A stretch of 64,000 bases of DNA from an uncultured cyanobacterium (GCA_963718615.1 OY970368.1:2944001-3008000); one strand, 5' to 3'. Shown: positions 1 to 12,535, counted from the first letter of the stretch. Notes: a model not told the origin generated them from the letters alone. Translations and numbers: made by a program.

Positions 1-2
1 AT

Positions 3-2205
<2,203 letters not shown>

Positions 2206-2250
2206 ACCTCACGCTTTTTCCAGTAAACCCCATTACCTCCAAAACCCCTT

Positions 2251-2279
2251 GTAGGGCCATCGCAATGCGATGGCCCTAC
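2251..2279. repeat. GTAG-type REP-like palindrome / stem-loop downstream of thiC
   Basis: GTAGGGCCATCGCA-A-TGCGATGGCCCTAC, a perfect 14-bp inverted repeat starting with GTAG. Confidence 0.6.
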
Positions 2280-2387
2280 CCTATTCGGCATAAGTTTCAT
2301 GAACCGGACTCCCGTTTGATGGCACTTCGGCTGTTTTTTCGATAGGATTTTGCTGGGATTCAGCTCCTTTCTCTCAGCCTCTATATC

Positions 2388-3020
2388 ATGATTGCGACCA
2401 TCGGTGTTACAAAAGCAATTACCAACCTTAATGTAGCCCACGAGCGCTTAAATTTGCACCCAGCGGCTAATCCCGATTTCTTCGCAGAATGGCAAGGCGA
2501 GTTTGAAGATTTGTCAGCAGCAGATCGAACTTTCTTAGATCGGCTTAAAAGCCGTTATCGTTATTATCAAGCAGATGGATTGATCACCGAAAGTACAGTC
2601 AGCTTAATTTTAGTTGCGCCTCTGCTGGAATATCTAGGTCTTTGTGATCCCCCTTACAAAGTAAAAGGAGAAAAGTACGTCAAGATTGAAATTGAGAATG
2701 GGGCACAGGTGCTAGAGGGATTAATTGACTATTTAGTGATTCAGGATACTTTTTGGCTTGTCTTACTGGAAACAAAACGCTACGGCTTTAGCGTTCTCCA
2801 AGCTTTGCCCCAAACCTTGGCCTATATGGCTAGTGCCGGGTCTTCTCCAAGTTTTGGTTTAATTACAACGGGCGAGGATTATCTCTTGGTCAAACTCGAT
2901 TTATCCTCAAGACAATATGATATTTCAGATAAGTTTACCCTTTCAACCCGTCAAGGAAATCAGCTCTATCAAGTCACACAAATCCTAAAGTTCTTGCTGA
3001 GCTTACACACGTCTACCTAA
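2388..3020 (+). CDS. Restriction-endonuclease-like (HsdR N-terminal-like, PD-(D/E)XK) protein
   Basis: 'ESTVSLILVAPLL', 'GLIDYLV...LLETK', 'ALPQTLAYM' and 'FGLITTG' are typical of this cyanobacterial family. Confidence 0.7.
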   Translation: MIATIGVTKAITNLNVAHERLNLHPAANPDFFAEWQGEFEDLSAADRTFLDRLKSRYRYYQADGLITESTVSLILVAPLLEYLGLCDPPYKVKGEKYVKIEIENGAQVLEGLIDYLVIQDTFWLVLLETKRYGFSVLQALPQTLAYMASAGSSPSFGLITTGEDYLLVKLDLSSRQYDISDKFTLSTRQGNQLYQVTQILKFLLSLHTST

Positions 3021-3024
3021 GTAA

Positions 3025-3588
3025 TTATCGCCACAACGGTCCCCAGTCGCGATTGTCGTAAAAATGTAGACGACCATACCCTACGAATTGACCCACGCCT
3101 TGTTCTCCCGCCGGAAACACCGTCACCCCAAAGAGATAGATGCCTGCACTCGGCGTTTGAATGGGAGAAAGCGATAGGGTTAGCTGAGTTCCTGGTGCAA
3201 CCGGGGGATCAAAGGCGATCGCCACCGATCGCGCCTGCTGATCCAACGCCACCACCTCCGCTTTGACCGATAATTTGCGATCGCCATTCAAATAGGCAAC
3301 CGTCTTCGACCAATCAAACCGCTCAAACCGATCCGCCCCTTCCTGCTGCTGAATCTCAATTCGTCCTAGGGGTTCACTGGCATCCTCAGGAATTTGCAAA
3401 GTGAAATAGTAGCGACCGCCCCAGGATCTAGCCCGGTCATGGGTCGTAGAGACTTTTTCCAACCGAGGAACGCCGACGAAATGACGACTGCCATCGGAAA
3501 ATTCCACTGCTTTGACTGGAGCGCCTAGCCCATAGGGCCATAAACCGCCCAAAACGGTCAGAAATAATAGGGTTCGCGATCGCACCAT
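3025..3588 (-). CDS. DUF2808 family exported protein
   Basis: Signal peptide, YYFTL, 'FDPPVAPG', 'GIYLFGVTVFP' and 'QFVGYGRLHF'. ATG at 3588. Confidence 0.8.
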   Translation of the reverse strand: MVRSRTLLFLTVLGGLWPYGLGAPVKAVEFSDGSRHFVGVPRLEKVSTTHDRARSWGGRYYFTLQIPEDASEPLGRIEIQQQEGADRFERFDWSKTVAYLNGDRKLSVKAEVVALDQQARSVAIAFDPPVAPGTQLTLSLSPIQTPSAGIYLFGVTVFPAGEQGVGQFVGYGRLHFYDNRDWGPLWR

Positions 3589-3629
3589 ACCCCCCCTTGC
3601 ATCGACTGCATCTCCCCCTATGCTAACGC

Positions 3630-4442
3630 TCAGCCCCGATGAATCAGAGCCTTCCAAGCAAACACCGGCAGCGCCAACATCCGTCGCCAGCGCCAAGGCT
3701 CCTGATAGAGGCGATAAACCCATTCCAAATTATTGTTGCGCAGCCAGCCCGGTGCCCGCTGTTTTAGACCAGACCAAATATCAAAACTACCGCCAACGCC
3801 AATCCAGATCGCATGGGGACAAACCTGCCGATAGGCCTGGATCCAACGCTCCTGGCGTGGCACCCCAAGACCCACCAAAATCAACTGGGGCTGAAGCAAC
3901 CGCAACCGGTTGAGGAGATCCGCTTCAGCATCATCCTTGATATAGCCATTTTCGACCCCGACCAAATTGAGCCCCGGTGCCCGCTGCTGCCATTGCTCCG
4001 CCGCTGCGGAGATCACCTCCGGCGCACCCCCATAGAAAAATACAGACCAACCGCGCTGGGCCGCCCGCTGAATCATCGTCTCCGCGAGCTCAATGCCGGG
4101 ACAACGCTGGACTCGCTTGCGCCGTAGCTTGAGGTAAAGCACCACCCCCGCCCCGTCAGGAATGACTAAATCGGCCTGACGGATCACCTGGTCCAAAATG
4201 GGATCCTTTTCGGCTTGGATGGCCATTTCTGCATTGAGCGTCACCACGTGGATACTGTCTTGGGCTTCGAGGCGATCGCCCAACCAACCGGCATAATCAT
4301 CTAAAAGCTGGATCGGCAGACCCAAAACGGAGGCCGCCTGGAGGCCAGTTTGAGGGCCAGTTTTGGGGCCAGTCTGGGAAGTCGCCTGAGTCACAGGATT
4401 GGGGGAAATATTCGACAGGAGCCGACGGGGCGGGAGGGACAT
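3630..4442 (-). CDS. WecB/TagA/CpsF family glycosyltransferase
   Basis: VVTLNAE, IPDGAGV, GLGVPRQE, GVGGSFD and EWVYRLYQEPWRWRR motifs. Confidence 0.93.
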   Translation of the reverse strand: MSLPPRRLLSNISPNPVTQATSQTGPKTGPQTGLQAASVLGLPIQLLDDYAGWLGDRLEAQDSIHVVTLNAEMAIQAEKDPILDQVIRQADLVIPDGAGVVLYLKLRRKRVQRCPGIELAETMIQRAAQRGWSVFFYGGAPEVISAAAEQWQQRAPGLNLVGVENGYIKDDAEADLLNRLRLLQPQLILVGLGVPRQERWIQAYRQVCPHAIWIGVGGSFDIWSGLKQRAPGWLRNNNLEWVYRLYQEPWRWRRMLALPVFAWKALIHRG

Positions 4443-4643
4443 GGGTCTCTCGGGGGAGCGATCGCATCAAGGGTTAGCCACACCATCCATCTTTGCGAAC
4501 CAAACGTCAAGCGCATTCACGGGCACACTCACAAGCATATTCAAAAGGGTCCTCAGAAATGCCCTTCCGGGTCTGCGGAGCAATGGTAATATTTAGAAAC
4601 CTGAAGAATCCAATACACCATTTTCAAAAGGACAATTATTTAA

Positions 4644-4781
4644 ATGGATGCAGTCATTCTTTTAGCAAAACTTCCCGAAGCCTATCGGATGTTTGGTCCC
4701 ATGGTGGACATTCTGCCGGTAATTCCGGTCTTCTTCCTGCTGTTGGCCTTTGTTTGGCAAGCAGCGGTGGGCTTCCGCTAA
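4644..4781 (+). CDS. psbK: Photosystem II reaction centre protein K (not in ORF track)
   Basis: Manual translation: [45 protein letters not shown]. Confidence 0.97.
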   Translation: MDAVILLAKLPEAYRMFGPMVDILPVIPVFFLLLAFVWQAAVGFR

Positions 4782-4966
4782 GCGGTTCTCGCTAAGAACT
4801 TTTGCGTGGTCTGGCAGCGGATTGATACCCCTTGGCGGTTACCCGTCCCTCTGTCGGTTCATTGCTGTTTTATCGCTAGATTCTAGCTAACCTGGGCGTG
4901 TCGCACTGTTGTGAGACACGCTTTTTGTTGTGGGACAGGCTTTTTATTGAATTATCGGAATTTCCC

Positions 4967-6136
4967 ATGCGGACGATCGCCGACATCAATGACAAAATCC
5001 GCACCGGCCAAGTCACGGTTTGGACCCTAGCGGAAGCCAAGGCCCGGATTGCCCAAATTGGCGTGGTGCAGGCGGCGAAAACCGTTGATGTGATCGTCAC
5101 GGGGACGTTTGAGCCCATGGAAGGTTCGGGGGCCATGATCAACCTGGGTCATACGGATCCCCCGATCAAATTTCGTCAAGCCTGGCTGAATGAGGTTTTA
5201 GCCTATAGCGCCTTTGGGGCGGTGGATTTGTATTTGGGCGCGTCTCAAATGACCGAGGAGCCGGAGGTGGAGCGGGGCGGGGGCCATGTGATTGCGGATC
5301 TGATTGCGGGCAAGCCAGTGACACTGCGGGCGGTGGGTCAGGGAACCGATTGCTATCCGCGCATGGGCCTAGAGACAACGATTAGCAAAGAGACGATCAA
5401 CCAGTTTTATCTGTTTAATCCGCGTAATCTCTACCAGAACTTTATTGTGGGTGTGAATGGAGGCGATCGCCCTCTCCATACCTATCTCGGCCCCCTTCAG
5501 CCCCAACTCGGCAACGCCGTCTATGCTAATCTGGGAGCCCTATCTCCCCTGCTGAATGATCCGGAATTGCGGCTGATCGGGATTGGCACGCGGATTTGGT
5601 TGGGGGGCGGCATTGGCTATGTGGCCTGGGAGGGAACCCAGCATTTTCCGCTGCAAAGGCGCTTGGCCAATGGCACTCCTATGGGTCCGGCGGCAACCCT
5701 GGCGCTGATTGGCGATGCCAAGTTAATGGACCCTCGCTGGGTGCGCGGCTGCTATTTTCGAGGCTATGGTCCTTCCCTCATGCTCGGCGTAGGGGTACCG
5801 TTGCCCGTTTTAGATCAGGCGGTAGTCGAGCGCTGTGCAGTCCAGGATGAAGATGTGGTGGCACCGGTGATCGATTTTTCGATTCCCCGCCGGGTCCGAC
5901 CGACGTTTGGGCTCGTCACCTACGCCCAGCTCAAATCCGGTCGGATCAAAATTGAAGGAAAAACCGTGCGCGTTGCGCCCTTGGCCAGTGGTTATTTATC
6001 TCAGCAGGTGGCGATCGCCCTCAAGCAGGCCATTGTCACCGGTGAGTTTACCTTGACTGAGGCGATCGCCCCACTCCCCACGGACCGCACCTTCATGCCT
6101 CAAAACACCTGGGGAGCTCCTCTGTCGTTAGAGTAA
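4967..6136 (+). CDS. DUF39 family homocysteine biosynthesis protein (aspartate-semialdehyde sulfurtransferase-like)
   Basis: MRTIADINDKI start, 'VDVIVTGTF', 'GGGHVI', 'NPRNLYQN' and 'GTRIWLGG'. Confidence 0.85.
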   Translation: MRTIADINDKIRTGQVTVWTLAEAKARIAQIGVVQAAKTVDVIVTGTFEPMEGSGAMINLGHTDPPIKFRQAWLNEVLAYSAFGAVDLYLGASQMTEEPEVERGGGHVIADLIAGKPVTLRAVGQGTDCYPRMGLETTISKETINQFYLFNPRNLYQNFIVGVNGGDRPLHTYLGPLQPQLGNAVYANLGALSPLLNDPELRLIGIGTRIWLGGGIGYVAWEGTQHFPLQRRLANGTPMGPAATLALIGDAKLMDPRWVRGCYFRGYGPSLMLGVGVPLPVLDQAVVERCAVQDEDVVAPVIDFSIPRRVRPTFGLVTYAQLKSGRIKIEGKTVRVAPLASGYLSQQVAIALKQAIVTGEFTLTEAIAPLPTDRTFMPQNTWGAPLSLE

Positions 6137-6152
6137 TTTCAAGTTTTTTATC

Positions 6153-7115
6153 ATGACCCATGAGACCCAATCTACCACCCCCATGGAGCCCTCCCTCCTC
6201 AACCTCACGATCCTAGGGGCCGGGGTTTGGGGCTCGGCCCTAGCCGGTTTAGCCGCCGAAAATCATCATCCGGTGCGACTCTGGTCGCGGCGAGGTTCGC
6301 TGAGCTTGGCGGAAGCAGTGGAGAACGCAGATATCATTTTGTCGGCCATTTCCATGAAGGGCGTTCCCGAAACCTTGGAAAGGCTCAAAGCCTTGCAGTT
6401 GCCGCGCCACATCATCCTGGCCAGCGCCACCAAGGGACTAGACGCCGCAACCCTGCAAACCCCGTCTCAAATTTGGCAAGCTGCTTTTCCGCATAATCCC
6501 TTTGTGATTCTCTCTGGTCCCAATCTTTCTGAAGAAATTCGCCAGGGACTCCCCGGCGCAACCGCCGTTGCCAGTACCGATCAAAGGGCAGCGGAGCAGG
6601 TGCAGCAGCTTTTCGCCTCCGATCGGTTTCGGGTCTATACCAACAGCGATCCCATTGGAACGGAACTGGGGGGAACGCTCAAAAATGTGATTGCGATCGC
6701 CGTTGGAGTCTGTGATGGCCTTAATCTGGGCACCAATGCCAAGTCTGCCCTAATTACCAGGGCTCTGCCGGAAATTATCCGCATTGGCACCCACCTTGGC
6801 GGTCAGACCGAGACTTTCTTTGGGTTGTCGGGGCTGGGGGATTTACTCGCCACCTGTAGCAGTGCCCTCAGCCGCAACTATCGCGTGGGCTATGGCCTAG
6901 CCCAGGGCAAAACCCTGGCGCAAATTCTCACCGAACTGCAGGGCACGGCGGAAGGCATCAATACAACGCGGGTGTTGATTCCCCTGGCAGCGCGGGAGCA
7001 AATTCCGGTGCCGATTTCGCGATTGGTCTATCTGCTCTTGGAAGGCAAAATTACGCCCCAGCAAGCGATCCAAGCCTTGATGGCACGGGATCTGAAGGCT
7101 GAGGGGATTGATTAA
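6153..7115 (+). CDS. gpsA: NAD(P)H-dependent glycerol-3-phosphate dehydrogenase
   Basis: [27 protein letters not shown] and [14 protein letters not shown]. Confidence 0.95.
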   Translation: MTHETQSTTPMEPSLLNLTILGAGVWGSALAGLAAENHHPVRLWSRRGSLSLAEAVENADIILSAISMKGVPETLERLKALQLPRHIILASATKGLDAATLQTPSQIWQAAFPHNPFVILSGPNLSEEIRQGLPGATAVASTDQRAAEQVQQLFASDRFRVYTNSDPIGTELGGTLKNVIAIAVGVCDGLNLGTNAKSALITRALPEIIRIGTHLGGQTETFFGLSGLGDLLATCSSALSRNYRVGYGLAQGKTLAQILTELQGTAEGINTTRVLIPLAAREQIPVPISRLVYLLLEGKITPQQAIQALMARDLKAEGID

Positions 7116-8346
7116 GCGCGACTGGATTGGCCATTGCCGAATTGACAATTGCTGAATTAACCACTGACGGCTGGATCAATTGATACAACGTATCGCGCTG
7201 GGCGGCAGGACGTCCGAGGGAGGCGATCGCCCCCTCCAAAACCTCCACGGTCTGACAAGTTCCCCCCTGGGCTCCAGCCATACTGGTAATGTGCTCCTCC
7301 ATCAGGGTTCCCCCAAGGTCATTACAGCCCCAACGCAACGCCGTCGTCGCCCCCGCCAACCCCAGCTTGACCCAGCTGGGCTGATGGTTTTGGATCCAGC
7401 GACCCAAAAAGAGCCGACTCACCGCTGTCAATCGCAGCGCATCGGCCAAAACTGGCTGGTCCCGGCCCACCCGTCGCCGGAGCGGTTGGGGGGCATGGAG
7501 ACCGACAAAGGGCAACAGAATAAATTCGCTGATGCGAGCTGGATAGGCTTTGTGTTCGGCGGTTTGTTGGAGCGATCGCAACTGGGCCAAATGCTCCATC
7601 TGCTGCAGCGGCGTTTCAATATGGCCCGAGAGCATCGTGCTCGTCGTCGGCAATCCCAAGCGGTGAGCCGTTTCCACAATCTCTAGCCAAGTGGCTGTGT
7701 CAATCTTTTCGGGGCACAGTACCCGCCGCACCTGATCATCCAACACCTCCGCTGCGGTCCCTGGCATTGACCCGACCCCAGCCTCCTGCAACGCTGCAAT
7801 CACAGTTTCATAACTCAGACCATCCTGCCGTGCGATAAATTGCACTTCCTGGGGCGAAAACGCATGGAGATGAATGGCAGGGAAAGCCTGTTTAATAGTT
7901 TTGATTAATTTGAGATAAAACGAGAGGGATTTTCCCGCCAATTTTGCCGCTGGATTTAGCCCTCCCTGCATACAAATTTCTGTTGCCCCTCGGGCCACGG
8001 CATCCGCTGTTTTTTCTAAAATTTGCTCCCAACCCAGTTCATAAGCTCCGGCAGCATCCTCATCCCGTCGAAAAGCACAAAAACTGCAATGCTGTTCGCA
8101 AATATTGGTGAAATTGATATTGCGATTGACCACATAGGTCACCGTTTCACCAACCAGTTGTTTTCGCAATCGATCTGCCGCCTGCTGGATCTGGGCGATC
8201 GCCCCCGCTTCCCGTTGTTCCAACAACCAAACGCCCTCCGCAACGGTCAAGGCGTGATCCTCCGGGCAAGCAGGATCTAAAATCCGGTCCAAGATTTGAT
8301 CTAAGGCAAAGGATTGAGCAGAAACGAATTGGGAAGAAACAATCAT
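7051..8346 (-). CDS. cofH: 7,8-didemethyl-8-hydroxy-5-deazariboflavin (FO) synthase subunit CofH, radical SAM
   Basis: [34 protein letters not shown] and [14 protein letters not shown]. Start uncertain (8346 or 8373). Confidence 0.88.
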   Translation of the reverse strand: MIVSSQFVSAQSFALDQILDRILDPACPEDHALTVAEGVWLLEQREAGAIAQIQQAADRLRKQLVGETVTYVVNRNINFTNICEQHCSFCAFRRDEDAAGAYELGWEQILEKTADAVARGATEICMQGGLNPAAKLAGKSLSFYLKLIKTIKQAFPAIHLHAFSPQEVQFIARQDGLSYETVIAALQEAGVGSMPGTAAEVLDDQVRRVLCPEKIDTATWLEIVETAHRLGLPTTSTMLSGHIETPLQQMEHLAQLRSLQQTAEHKAYPARISEFILLPFVGLHAPQPLRRRVGRDQPVLADALRLTAVSRLFLGRWIQNHQPSWVKLGLAGATTALRWGCNDLGGTLMEEHITSMAGAQGGTCQTVEVLEGAIASLGRPAAQRDTLYQLIQPSVVNSAIVNSAMANPVALNQSPQPSDPVPSRLGSLAGA

Positions 8347-8463
8347 GGCAACAGTAACAGAAATAAGGTTCAAAATTCCTGCCCCTATTATTAATCTTCC
8401 TCCGTAATCTTGCGGGTGGCGATCGCGGCGATCCCTGTGCTATCCTTAAGGTGCTAGCAAAGA

Positions 8464-8560
8464 GTTCGTATTCGGAAGACTAATCTTGTTTCATTTTCGG
8501 CTGTTTCAAGTTCATCTCCGTCCAACTCGCTACGTTGTTGTTGACTAAGGAGATGTCCTC
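8464..8560 (+). promoter_or_regulatory. Putative conserved 5'-UTR boxes of cyanobacterial rbp genes
   Basis: TTCGGAAGAC, TTGTTT, TTCGGCTG and TCTCCG segments plus an AGGAG RBS resemble motifs described for cold-regulated rbp leaders. Confidence 0.4.
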
Positions 8561-8872
8561 ATGTCTATTTATGTTGGTAATTTGTCCTACGAAGTGACCA
8601 GTGAATCCCTTGAAGAGGTATTTGCTGAGTATGGCAAGGTCAAGCGCCTCAGCTTGCCCATGGATCGCGAAACCGGTCGTCCTCGGGGCTTTGCCTTTGT
8701 GGATATGTCCGCTGATGCGGAAGAAACCGCTGTAATCGAAGCCCTTGACGGCGCTGAGTGGATGGGTCGCGAAATGCGAGTCAATAAAGCAAAGCCCCGC
8801 ACCGAGTCTGGCTCCGGTTCGTTCGGTGGCGGCGGCGGTGGCGGTGGTAACTATCGTCGTAATTCCTGGTAA
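8561..8872 (+). CDS. rbp: RRM RNA-binding protein with Gly-rich tail
   Basis: MSIYVGNL (RNP2), RGFAFV (RNP1), 'LDGAEWMGR' and a poly-Gly tail. Confidence 0.95.
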   Translation: MSIYVGNLSYEVTSESLEEVFAEYGKVKRLSLPMDRETGRPRGFAFVDMSADAEETAVIEALDGAEWMGREMRVNKAKPRTESGSGSFGGGGGGGGNYRRNSW

Positions 8873-8907
8873 GCAGGAATCCCTCACTAGCTCCTAGCTT
8901 TTGATGC

Positions 8908-8941
8908 AAAGCCCTGGCCTTAGCGGTCAGGGCTTTTGTTT
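8908..8941. terminator. Probable bidirectional terminator between convergent rbp and the ABC permease
   Basis: AAAGCCCTGGCC-TTAGC-GGTCAGGGCTTT stem followed by TGTTT. Confidence 0.6.
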
Positions 8942-9795
8942 GGGATTTTGGGATAATTTTCTGAGGTCGTTTTGCCCGGAATGAGCAATCCTTGGCTGGG
9001 GCTAAAGAGGAGCGTTAGAAAGAAAAGGACAAAGACAGTAAGCGCGATCGCTGGTCCCGAAGGCAGATCAAGATAGTAGCTCAAGTACAGCCCAATCACA
9101 CTCGCCAAAGCGCCTAGGCCAGACCCTAGAATAATCATCCAGTGGAGCTCCTTGACGAGCAGGTAGGCGGCGATCGCCGGTCCCACCATCAGCGCCATGA
9201 CCAAAATCGCACCAACGGCTTTCATCCCGGTAATAATCGCCAGCGTCATCGCCCCCATGAGGGCTAGATTAATCCCGTGGACCGGGAGCCCTAAGGCTTC
9301 AGCCCCTCGTCGATCAAAGGTAAAGCAAAGCAGCGGTCGGTAAAACAGCTTAATGGCACACAGCACAAACAGCGTGATCCCGGCCATTTGCCAAACATCC
9401 GCACGGCTCACGCTGAGAATATTGCCAAACAGCAGATCTTCTAAGGAAAGATAATTTTTTAGCTTCGTCAGTAGCACCACTCCAAGGGCAAAAAAGCTCG
9501 ATAGACACAGCGCCATAATGCCATCGGCCTTGACCCGTGATTGTGTTCGCACCCAGGCGACGATCGTCGTGCTCAAAATACCAGAAACAAAGGCCCCAAT
9601 CAGTAAATTGATGCCCCAAAAATGAGCCAGGGCCAACCCTGGCAACACCGCATGGGCCACCACATCCCCCAACATGGCCATCCGCTGGACCACGAGGTAG
9701 GCTCCCACCGCAGGACAGAGAATTCCTACCAAAATCCCCGCCACTAAGGCATTGCGCATAAACTCAAATTGCAGCGGATCGAGAAACCAGTGCAT
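8920..9795 (-). CDS. Metal (Mn/Zn) ABC transporter permease
   Basis: 'FEFMRNAL', 'GDVVAHAVLPG', 'LFGNIL' and 'DLPSGPAI' (ABC-3 family). Confidence 0.9.
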   Translation of the reverse strand: MHWFLDPLQFEFMRNALVAGILVGILCPAVGAYLVVQRMAMLGDVVAHAVLPGLALAHFWGINLLIGAFVSGILSTTIVAWVRTQSRVKADGIMALCLSSFFALGVVLLTKLKNYLSLEDLLFGNILSVSRADVWQMAGITLFVLCAIKLFYRPLLCFTFDRRGAEALGLPVHGINLALMGAMTLAIITGMKAVGAILVMALMVGPAIAAYLLVKELHWMIILGSGLGALASVIGLYLSYYLDLPSGPAIALTVFVLFFLTLLFSPSQGLLIPGKTTSENYPKIPNKSPDR

Positions 9796-9898
9796 GTCAA
9801 ACCTTGAGGGAACCGACAGTTGAGCCAAACAGGCCCTACGCTAATCCTAGACCGAAGCGATCGGTTAACATGGTGCCAATCTGCGAAATCATTACACT

Positions 9899-10366
9899 AT
9901 GAACAAGCCTTTCTTACTCCCCTTGGCATTGCTCACGGCCCTGGCCATTCCCACTCAGGCCCTGGCTCACTCCGTTGAAACCAACTATTTGGTCGATATC
10001 AACAAGCAGCTAGAGCTGGAAACGGTTTTTAGTACGGGCGAACCGCTCCAGGGCGCAACGGTGCGGGTTTATGCTCCTGGCAATTCCCAGACCCCCTGGC
10101 TGGAGGGCAAAACCGACGAGAATGGCAAGTTTACCTTTAAGCCCGACAGCAAAATTCCAGGGGATTGGGAAGTCTCCATCAAAGACCAAGGCCATGCCGA
10201 TATTTTGACCGTTCCCGTGGACGACAAGGGTGTGGAAGTTGACGAAATCAGCGAAGCCATGGGCGTTCATATGCACTATGCTACGGGACCTTTGGCGGCC
10301 TTTGGCACGCTGATCGTGGGTGGCGTTTGGGTCTTCAAGCGTCGTCGCCAGTCACCCAAGGTCTAG
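9899..10366 (+). CDS. Exported transthyretin/carboxypeptidase-regulatory-like protein with C-terminal TM; probable Ni/Co uptake accessory component
   Basis: Signal ALA|HS, 'FSTGEP', 'GKTDENGKFTF', 'GHAD' and a C-terminal TM plus basic tail. Sits next to Ni/Co genes. Confidence 0.65.
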   Translation: MNKPFLLPLALLTALAIPTQALAHSVETNYLVDINKQLELETVFSTGEPLQGATVRVYAPGNSQTPWLEGKTDENGKFTFKPDSKIPGDWEVSIKDQGHADILTVPVDDKGVEVDEISEAMGVHMHYATGPLAAFGTLIVGGVWVFKRRRQSPKV

Positions 10367-10373
10367 CTCAGGT

Positions 10374-11309
10374 TTAGAACGTGGCCAACCCCATCATTAA
10401 CAGACCAATGGCGATCACCGCGATCGCACTCATTGTGGGTAAAACCCGTTGCACCGGCTCCAGCCAGGACCAGTCCTTTAGCCAGTTCTGGGCATAAATC
10501 ACCATCAGTCCAATGGACACCAGCACAATCGCTAAGCCACCGCTAAAGGCAGTCACAAGGACAAGACCGTAGGCCGCTTGATGTAGGGCGATCGCACTCA
10601 GCAACAGTACCAAAGCGGACGGGCAAGGCACCAGTCCCCCAGCGATCCCTAGGGTGAGGAGCGATCGCCCTGTCAGACTGGCCGGAACGTGACTGTGGCT
10701 ATGACCGGGGCTATGACCATGGCTGTGATGACCATGGCTATGATGACCATGGCTATGATGACCATGGTGATTATGGTCATCACCGTGGGGTTGGGCGAGC
10801 TTAGGCCGTAGCTGACGATCCAGGAGCCAAAACCCCACGACACAGATCATCAATCCACTCAATAAGCTCAGCACAGGGTAAAGTTGTTCGGGCAACACAT
10901 ACTGGGAGGCAAACAGCGCCAGCAGCCCCAAGAGAAAAACACCCAGGGTATGGGTGATGGTTGTTACTAAGCCCAAGAACAAAGCATGCTTGGGCGTTCC
11001 CCGTGAGCCGATGAGGTAGGCTGCCACCATGGTTTTGCCATGACCCGGCGAAAAGGCGTGCCCGGCCCCGGCAACCATCGCAATCCCGATACCGGCCAGC
11101 TTGAAAGCGGGTGAGAGGCTCGCCTGGGTGAGACGTTCAACCCAAAAACTATCATGCCCTAGATGAGCGAGCGCAGGATGGGTGGGCAAGAGCGCCACAA
11201 AAAGCAGGGTCAAGCCCGCAAGGGAAATGAACCACTGGCGACGCTGGGATCGAAGCAGAGATCGAAGCGGAGACTGAATGCCCATCCCGTACAGCTCCTG
11301 ACAAAGCAT
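10374..11309 (-). CDS. RcnA/HoxN-like nickel/cobalt transporter with His-rich loop
   Basis: HAFSPGHGKT, TITHTLGV, (HHSHG)n loop and GLVPCPSAL. Confidence 0.88.
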   Translation of the reverse strand: MLCQELYGMGIQSPLRSLLRSQRRQWFISLAGLTLLFVALLPTHPALAHLGHDSFWVERLTQASLSPAFKLAGIGIAMVAGAGHAFSPGHGKTMVAAYLIGSRGTPKHALFLGLVTTITHTLGVFLLGLLALFASQYVLPEQLYPVLSLLSGLMICVVGFWLLDRQLRPKLAQPHGDDHNHHGHHSHGHHSHGHHSHGHSPGHSHSHVPASLTGRSLLTLGIAGGLVPCPSALVLLLSAIALHQAAYGLVLVTAFSGGLAIVLVSIGLMVIYAQNWLKDWSWLEPVQRVLPTMSAIAVIAIGLLMMGLATF

Positions 11310-11362
11310 GACCTTGCCTAGTTTAAGGCCAGCGGCTCCAGATTGTAATTGATTTTTGATTA

Positions 11363-11379
11363 ACCCCCCCTAGGGGGAT
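11363..11379. promoter_or_regulatory. Putative InrS/RcnR/CsoR-family operator
   Basis: ACCCCCCCTAGGGGGAT: C-tract/G-tract palindrome about 55 bp upstream of the rcnA-like gene. Confidence 0.6.
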
Positions 11380-11669
11380 TGCAATTTTGAGCGATTTTTA
11401 CTCAGATGCATAATAGCAAAATAAATTAAAGGTTAGTGAACAGGAGCAGCCTCATCATCATGGATCAATTAAGCTAGGAAAAGTTCTTGAGAATCCTCGG
11501 TTTCTGATGGCAATCTTGCAGGGACAATTTGCGTTTGTCAGCCAACATCGATCTAAATCATCCCGTAGATTCAGTCAATTGACCGCTTCCAAGGCTTGAC
11601 AATTCCCAATGTTTTCATTTATCGAGTTTCGTCAACCCTAAGATTGTCTAGCATAGCTATGCGCTACGA

Positions 11670-11694
11670 TTGCAATTACAAAGATCAATTGCAA
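11670..11694. promoter_or_regulatory. Inverted-repeat operator candidate upstream of cbiM
   Basis: TTGCAATT-N9-AATTGCAA, a perfect 8-bp inverted repeat about 35 bp before the ATG. Confidence 0.5.
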
Positions 11695-11728
11695 AGATTT
11701 TCGCCGTTTCGATCTTGGTATTGAGTTC

Positions 11729-12493
11729 ATGATTTCATCTTCTCTGTCATGGATCCTGGGACAGAATTTACTCCAGGATGGGTCAAGGGCACTTTATCTG
11801 GCCCTGCATTTACCTGATGGCTTTTTGAGCCTGCCGGTTAGTGCTATCACTTGGTTAATCGCGCTTACCCTTATTGCCGCCTCCCTCAAGCAGGTTCAAA
11901 GCGAATATCAAGACCGAGCCGTCCCGCTGATGGGCGTCTGTGCGGCCTTCATTTTCGCGGCTCAAATGATCAACTTTCCGATCCCCGGTGGAACTTCGGG
12001 GCATTTATTAGGGGGAACATTAGCCGGTGTGCTGTTAGGACCTTGGGCCGGATCCCTGGTCATGACCGTCGTGTTTATTGTGCAAAGCGTCCTGTTTCAA
12101 GACGGTGGGCTGACGGTTTTAGGGGCCAATATTGTCAACATGGGATTGGTGGGTACCTTTGGCGGATATTTTCTGTACAAAGCCCTGCGATCGCTCTTTG
12201 GCTTCAATAGCTGGCGCGGTATGTTAGTTTCAACAACGGTCACCGCTTGGACCAGCGTGGTAGCAGGCTCACTTCTTTGCGCTCTCCAACTGGCTCTGTC
12301 CGGCACTGTACCGCTCAACGTTGCCCTCATTTCCATGCTGTCTTGGCATTTGATCATCGGTGTGGGTGAAGCCTTGATTACGATCGTTGCAGTCAGCTAT
12401 ATCTGGCGAACCCGTCCAGATTTACTTTACGATCCGCCGCAAAAGACCCTGGCGCGGGATCCGGCCTTCATTTCGGATTCCTTTCCCCGTTAA
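11729..12493 (+). CDS. cbiM: ECF Co/Ni transporter substrate component CbiM/NikM
   Basis: HLPDGFL, 'PIPGGTSGHLLG' and 'QDGGLTVLGANI'. Confidence 0.92.
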   Translation: MISSSLSWILGQNLLQDGSRALYLALHLPDGFLSLPVSAITWLIALTLIAASLKQVQSEYQDRAVPLMGVCAAFIFAAQMINFPIPGGTSGHLLGGTLAGVLLGPWAGSLVMTVVFIVQSVLFQDGGLTVLGANIVNMGLVGTFGGYFLYKALRSLFGFNSWRGMLVSTTVTAWTSVVAGSLLCALQLALSGTVPLNVALISMLSWHLIIGVGEALITIVAVSYIWRTRPDLLYDPPQKTLARDPAFISDSFPR

Positions 12494-12535
12494 CCCCATA
12501 AAAGACAATTAGGAAGCTTGATCAGGAGTTTGATA

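Noticed and set aside
2388-3020. Restriction-modification or defence system
   Set aside because: A lone HsdR_N-like gene (like the two Uma2 genes) without a methylase or specificity subunit; these families are commonly dispersed in cyanobacteria.
11310-11728. Cobalamin riboswitch upstream of cbiM
   Set aside because: No recognisable B12-box or GGGAA...GCCACTG core by eye. An Rfam scan would be needed to exclude it formally.
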